Below are positions 59,010 through 64,000 of a stretch of 64,000 bases of DNA, in pieces. Origin of the DNA: Candidatus Entotheonellaceae bacterium. GTDB lineage: Bacteria; Tectomicrobia; Entotheonellia; Entotheonellales; Entotheonellaceae. The position numbers and the translations under genes are program-made. The stretch covers positions 3,040,001 through 3,104,000 of the forward strand of contig OZ250173.1 of the NCBI GenBank assembly GCA_965238075.1. The letters are read 5' to 3'. The notes under the pieces were generated by a model, which saw nothing but the letters and a program-made list of their open reading frames with translations, was not told where the DNA came from and did not search any database. Numbering within the stretch: position 1 is the stretch's first letter; each line of letters opens with the position of its first letter.

Positions 59010-60848
59010 ATGACTGACAAACCGGGGCAAGTTGAGGCCATAGAGCAGGGAGCACCAGAGGCGGTGGAGCAGGGCGCTCAAGAGCCGGCGTCTGTGCTAG
59101 AGGCCAGTGAATCTGCCGTTGTTGAGAAGGACGTCAGCAGCAGCGAGGAACTGGAAAAGCTCTATGAGGAAAGTCTCAAGCATATCCAGGAAGGCGAGAT
59201 TGTCCGTGGGCGTGTGGTGCACATCGGACGGGACACCGTGTTGATAGATGTCGGCTACAAGTCCGAAGGGACAATTGATCTGGACGAATTCCCCGACCAT
59301 GGAAGCCAGCTTCAGGTTGGCGAAGAATTGGACGTTCTGTTTGAAGAGAAGGAAGACAGCGAAGGCCAGGTCGTCCTCTCCAAGGAAAAGGCGAACCGCA
59401 TCAAAGTCTGGAACGAGATCAGCCAGCGTTACGACCGGGACGAGGTCGTCGAGGGCGTGGTTATCGCGCGCATCAAGGGCGGTTTGACGGTTGACATCGG
59501 CCTCAAGGCGTTTCTGCCCGGGTCGCAGATTGACCTGCGGCCGGTTCGCAACCTCGACAAGCTCATTGGCGAGAAGCTGCAGATGCGCATTATCAAGCTG
59601 AACAAGCGCCGTGGCAACATCGTCCTATCGCGCCGCGTCCTGCTCGAAGAGGAGCGGCAACAGGCCAAGGAGAAAACGCTGGCCTCATTGGCCGAGGGCC
59701 AGACTGTTGAAGGCGTGGTCAAGAACATCACCGAGTACGGCGCCTTTATCGACCTCGGCGGCATTGATGGATTGCTCCACATCACCGACATGTCTTGGGG
59801 CCGCGTCAGTCATCCCTCCGAACTGTTTGCCATTGGCGACAACGTGACCATTATGGTCCTTAAATTTGACCAGGAACATGAGCGCGTATCGCTTGGTCTC
59901 AAACAGACGACGCCCGATCCTTGGACGAACGTTGCCGAGAAATATCCCGAGGAATCCAGGGTGTCCGGCAAGGTTGTCAGTATTACGGATTACGGTGCTT
60001 TCATTGAACTGGAAGAGGGCATAGAAGGACTTGTTCACGTCTCGCAGATGTCGTGGGCGCGACGCACACGGCACCCCTCAAAGATCGTCAATATCGGCGA
60101 TATGATTGAGGCTGTCGTTCTGAGTGTTGACAAGGAAAGGAAACGCATCTCTCTGGGTATGAAGCAGATCGAGCCGAATCCATGGACGACGGTCGACGAG
60201 CGTTATCCCGTGGGTGGTGAGATTGAAGGCAAGGTGCGGAACCTGACGGATTTCGGGGCGTTCATCGCGTTGGAAGAGGGCATTGACGGCTTGATCCACA
60301 TTTCCGACATGTCGTGGACCCAGCGGGTCAAGCACCCGTCTGAAATCCTCAAGAAGGGCCAGCGCGTTTGCGCCGTGGTGCTTAACGTTGACAAGGAGAA
60401 CGAACGCTTGTCTCTTGGCCTGAAGCAGATGGAACCCGACCCCTGGACGCTGGTTGAAACGAAATATCAGGTTGGACAGGAAGTGCAGGTGAAGATCGTC
60501 AAGATAACCAATTTCGGGGCGTTCGCGGAACTCGAGAATGGTGTGGAGGGCCTTATTCATCTGTCCGAGCTCGGCCAAGGTAAGGTCACGGATCCCGAGG
60601 AGGTCGTCTCGGTGGGACAGGAGCTCGACACCAAGATCATCAAAATTGAAGTTGCAACGCGCAAAATTGGTCTCAGCATTCGTGCCATGACGGAGGAAGT
60701 TGAGCGCCATGAAGAGCCGGATGACAAGAATCTGCCCGTCGAAGGCCCGGCAATGGACGATGTCATGTCGGAGTCAATGTCGGGTCTGCAATCCGCTTTG
60801 GCGGATGCCATGAGAGAACAGCAAGAGCAGCAGGAACAGGAATGCTAA
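59010..60848 (+). CDS. rpsA: 30S ribosomal protein S1
   Basis: Six S1 repeats (AFLPGSQ, YGAFIDLGG.DGLLH..DMSW); AGGAGG RBS. Confidence 0.97.
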   Translation: MTDKPGQVEAIEQGAPEAVEQGAQEPASVLEASESAVVEKDVSSSEELEKLYEESLKHIQEGEIVRGRVVHIGRDTVLIDVGYKSEGTIDLDEFPDHGSQLQVGEELDVLFEEKEDSEGQVVLSKEKANRIKVWNEISQRYDRDEVVEGVVIARIKGGLTVDIGLKAFLPGSQIDLRPVRNLDKLIGEKLQMRIIKLNKRRGNIVLSRRVLLEEERQQAKEKTLASLAEGQTVEGVVKNITEYGAFIDLGGIDGLLHITDMSWGRVSHPSELFAIGDNVTIMVLKFDQEHERVSLGLKQTTPDPWTNVAEKYPEESRVSGKVVSITDYGAFIELEEGIEGLVHVSQMSWARRTRHPSKIVNIGDMIEAVVLSVDKERKRISLGMKQIEPNPWTTVDERYPVGGEIEGKVRNLTDFGAFIALEEGIDGLIHISDMSWTQRVKHPSEILKKGQRVCAVVLNVDKENERLSLGLKQMEPDPWTLVETKYQVGQEVQVKIVKITNFGAFAELENGVEGLIHLSELGQGKVTDPEEVVSVGQELDTKIIKIEVATRKIGLSIRAMTEEVERHEEPDDKNLPVEGPAMDDVMSESMSGLQSALADAMREQQEQQEQEC

Positions 60849-61076
60849 GAATTTAATCTTTCTGTCCACAGCGAAGACCTCGTATCACAAAGCTCCGAAC
60901 CCGACCTGAACAAGACCGATACAAGGAAAAATACGGTCAGCCCCAGTGATCTTTCATGCGCTGGGTTGAAGTGGGCCTTTTTGTCCCTTGTGGCGAGGCA
61001 TGACAGGCGTGGCGATGGTAAAGCGTAGACGGGAAACGCCCTCCATTAAGTGTTTTCCTTCGGTGAGGCTGGATAC

Positions 61077-61352
61077 ATGACAAAAGCAGAGCTTGCTGGA
61101 AGAGTTGCCGACAAAATTCACCTTACCAAGAAGCAAACCGAAACCATCGTCAACATTCTGTTCGCATGTATTACTGACGCTTTGAAAGAGGGCGACAAAG
61201 TCGAGTTGCGGGGCTTCGGCAGTTTCCGAACCCGAAGCCGCAACGCCCGCGAAGGGCGCAATCCCAAAACCGGCGACACGGTCCAAATCCCCTCCAAGAA
61301 GGTGCCTTTTTTTAAGACCGGGAAGGAACTTCGGGAAGTCGTAGACAGATAG
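61077..61352 (+). CDS. ihfB: integration host factor beta / HU family DNA-binding protein
   Basis: MTKAEL, VELRGFGSF, GRNPKTG, PFFKTGKEL; after rpsA. Confidence 0.88.
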   Translation: MTKAELAGRVADKIHLTKKQTETIVNILFACITDALKEGDKVELRGFGSFRTRSRNAREGRNPKTGDTVQIPSKKVPFFKTGKELREVVDR

Positions 61353-61510
61353 CTTTATATCCCACTCTCGTTTTGTGCCACAAAGTTGCAAAATTCGTTC
61401 CCGACCCATACACCCATATATAGACACTGACGGCCGCATGCATTGGATGATCGGCTGCTTGGTATCTGGTCAGTTAGGGCTGTTGCTTTTTTTGCAGGAA
61501 TGGTCTCCAG

Positions 61511-62467
61511 ATGCTCAACCCGTTGGTCGTCATAGTCGGTCCCACTGCGGTGGGAAAGACCGCCCTTTCTTTGCGCCTTGCTCGGGCAATCCATGCCGAG
61601 ATCGTCAATATCGATTCGCGACAGATGTACCGCCATTTGGACATCGGCACCGCGAAACCCACTCCCTCCCAACAGGCTGAAGTGCCTCATCATCTACTCG
61701 ATGTGCTCCTGCCCGACCAATCAGGCAACGCGGCCAGGTGCGCCGACCTTGCGCGGCAAGCCATCGATGACATCAGACGACGCGGACGGCGTGCAGTGCT
61801 TGTCGCAGGTAGTGGGTTGTACCTGCAGGCATTGCTTTACGGCCTCATGTCGGTTCCGCCGGCGAATGCGCTCCTGCGGGCTGAGTTGTGTGCCTACGCA
61901 GACCGTCACGGAAACGCCGCATTGCACACCTTGTTGCAGCGGGCCGACCCGACCGCGGCGGCAACCTGCCATGTGCAAGACCGCGTGCGTGTTGTGAGAG
62001 CCCTGGAGGTGACCTACCTGACTGGCGTACCGTTTTCTGAACATCGTTCCCGCCATCAGATGCACAAGCCGTTGTATCCGTATGTGGGGATTGCTTTGAC
62101 GCGCGACCGTGCCGAGCTCTATGCCCGTATCGAGGAACGAACGGACGCCATGCTCGCGGCGGGTTGGCTAGCGGAAATCGAGATGCTGATTGCGTGCGGC
62201 TACACGGAGACCTGCGCAGCGATGAATAGTCTTGGCTACCGGGAATTACTGGGCCATTTGGCGGGCCGAACGGAGTGGCAGGAAGCTGTCGATGCCATCA
62301 AACAAGCGACGCGGCGTTTTGCCAAACGGCAGTTGACGTGGTTTGCCAAGTTTCCGGACTTGTCCTGGTACAATCTCACCCGCGTGAATGAAGGCACTGT
62401 GGTGACGGAAATCGTCAAAACGTTATGTATTGGGATGGACTCGCAAGTAGAGGCGCGCAGCCTGTGA
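61511..62467 (+). CDS. miaA: tRNA dimethylallyltransferase
   Basis: GPTAVGKT, DSRQ.Y..LDIGTAKP, RALEV, LGYRE, AKRQLTWF. Confidence 0.96.
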   Translation: MLNPLVVIVGPTAVGKTALSLRLARAIHAEIVNIDSRQMYRHLDIGTAKPTPSQQAEVPHHLLDVLLPDQSGNAARCADLARQAIDDIRRRGRRAVLVAGSGLYLQALLYGLMSVPPANALLRAELCAYADRHGNAALHTLLQRADPTAAATCHVQDRVRVVRALEVTYLTGVPFSEHRSRHQMHKPLYPYVGIALTRDRAELYARIEERTDAMLAAGWLAEIEMLIACGYTETCAAMNSLGYRELLGHLAGRTEWQEAVDAIKQATRRFAKRQLTWFAKFPDLSWYNLTRVNEGTVVTEIVKTLCIGMDSQVEARSL

Positions 62468-62510
62468 CGCCTGTGGGTTCTTGGGGTGCGCTCGAAACCT
62501 GGAGATCTGC

Positions 62511-63311
62511 GTGTATCCAGAGGTATTTCGCATAGGGCCGTTTGTGGTGCGGTATTACGGCCTGATGTACGTGATTGCCCTGTTGGTCGGCATCGTCTTG
62601 CTGCGTCTGGAGGCCAAGCGGCGCGGCCTGCCACCGGAGCGCATTGTGGATGCGGCCTTTTATGCCTTTGTGGCGGGGTTCCTGGGCGGGCGTCTGTATT
62701 ACGTGATTTTCAAGTGGGGCCATTACAGTGCCAACCCGTTGAAGATATTCGCCATTTGGGAAGGCGGCATGGCGATCCACGGCGGCATTATTGGCGGCAT
62801 GATCGGCTTGTGGCTCTACGCGTGTTCTAGCGGAATCTCGGTGCGAACGCTATGGGACATGGCCGTTCCGGCGGGGATTCTGGGGCAAGCCCTGGGCCGC
62901 TTCGGCAATTTCATGAACGGCGACGCGCATGGCTACCCGTTGCGTTCACTGCACCTGCCGAGCTGGCTGCAGCATTTCCCGGAATGGATGGGCGTGGTGT
63001 TTCCGCCTTCAAGCATTGCCGGACGAGAGTTCGGCCAAGTGCCACTGCATCCGGTCATGCTGTACGAGTTAGTTCTGAACCTGATCGGTTTCGTGCTGCT
63101 GTGGAGCCTGCGCAAATCCCGCCTGCCTGAGGGCGGGTTGGCGGGGATGTATCTCATTTATTACGCCTGGGTGCGGTCGTTCACGTCCCTCTTTCGGGCC
63201 GATGATCTTTATCTCGGCCCCCTACGCTTGCCGCATGTGGTGAGCCTCGCGATGATCGTGGTCGGACTGTATCTGCTGCGGCCGCGAGATCATCGCGTCG
63301 CTGCTTCGTAG
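62511..63311 (+). CDS. lgt: prolipoprotein diacylglyceryl transferase
   Basis: RYYGLMY, GRLYYV, WEGGMAIHGG, GRFGNFMN, HP..LYE. Confidence 0.95.
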   Translation: MYPEVFRIGPFVVRYYGLMYVIALLVGIVLLRLEAKRRGLPPERIVDAAFYAFVAGFLGGRLYYVIFKWGHYSANPLKIFAIWEGGMAIHGGIIGGMIGLWLYACSSGISVRTLWDMAVPAGILGQALGRFGNFMNGDAHGYPLRSLHLPSWLQHFPEWMGVVFPPSSIAGREFGQVPLHPVMLYELVLNLIGFVLLWSLRKSRLPEGGLAGMYLIYYAWVRSFTSLFRADDLYLGPLRLPHVVSLAMIVVGLYLLRPRDHRVAAS

Positions 63312-63328
63312 CTTGGCTGAGCGGCCGG

Positions 63329-63982
63329 TTACCGGACGCGACGTTTCGCCTGAGCCTGTAGCATAATCTCTTTGAGGGTGGCAGTGGCTCTTTCGACGTC
63401 CTTGGCGCTTACGATTGCGGAGCAGACCGCTACATGGTCAGCGCCGGCCGCGACGACTTCCGATATGTTGCGATCGGAGATTCCTCCCAAGGCGACGAGC
63501 GGGATGTCAATTGCTTCGAGGGTATCGTGCATCATCTCGGTGCCGCGGGGCGAGGCTACCGTCTCTTTCGTGGCTGTCTGATAGATGGGGCCGAATCCAA
63601 CGTAATCAGCCTGTTGCTGCTGAGCGCGGCGTGCCATATCGACCGAAGACGTGGAGACACCAAGTAGATTTGGCGTCGGCAGCAGCTTTCTGGCCATGTG
63701 GGCCGGCAGATCCGTCTGTCCTACGTGGGCACCCTCCGCTTCGATCGCCAAAGCAATGTCGACGCGATCATTAACGATAAGCGGTACCTGGTAACGCGTC
63801 GTTAGTTCATGAACGCGTATGCCTTCCTCAATTATCGTAGCCGCCTCGGCTTCCTTGTCGCGGAGTTGGACGACATCCACACCGCCTGCTAAGGCTGCCC
63901 GGACGACGTCAACGGTGGAACGACCGCGAGACAAGGCGCGATCGGTTATGAGATAGAGGGTGCATTCGCTGAAAGGCCGCAT
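63329..63982 (-). CDS. thiE: thiamine phosphate synthase
   Basis: LYLITD, VQLRDK, VNDRVD, HVGQTD, DYVGFGP, ALGGI. Confidence 0.95.
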   Translation of the reverse strand: MRPFSECTLYLITDRALSRGRSTVDVVRAALAGGVDVVQLRDKEAEAATIIEEGIRVHELTTRYQVPLIVNDRVDIALAIEAEGAHVGQTDLPAHMARKLLPTPNLLGVSTSSVDMARRAQQQQADYVGFGPIYQTATKETVASPRGTEMMHDTLEAIDIPLVALGGISDRNISEVVAAGADHVAVCSAIVSAKDVERATATLKEIMLQAQAKRRVR

Positions 63983-64000
63983 GCGCTACCCTCCTAGTCG

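Overview
GC-rich bacterial chromosomal segment. Gene order and content (F420-type luciferase-like monooxygenases, GMC oxidoreductase, Deltaproteobacteria-like trmD/ribosomal clusters) suggest a Tectomicrobia/Nitrospinae-like lineage, but that is inference only. Most of the window is intact housekeeping genes: cysH, dksA, priA, def-fmt-rsmB-rpe, ffh-rpsP-rimM-trmD-rplS-rnhB, rplM-rpsI-rpsB-tsf-pyrH-frr-cdsA-dxr, pilA-pilD, cysS-purN-pyrG-purL, two tRNAs, birA, lptF, mltG, ruvX, tolC, ribF, cmk, rpsA, ihfB, miaA, lgt and thiE. Three accessory patches (about 4.8-6.9 kb, 23.6-30.4 kb and 38.3-50.9 kb) hold orphan antitoxins, an adenine MTase plus NotI-like endonuclease, catabolic enzymes and several frameshifted genes. 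The best hidden signal is an unannotated 40-aa, 7-Cys leader peptide (652-774) with a terminator/antiterminator pair in front of the APS reductase gene, which looks like a cysteine-sensing transcription attenuator. Other candidates are a second leader ORF ending in rare CGA codons upstream of paiB, a C4/CI-like structured RNA, a conserved anti-SD switch in two sulfurtransferase leaders, and an endonuclease whose conserved-looking N-terminus is in frame behind the MTase TGA stop.
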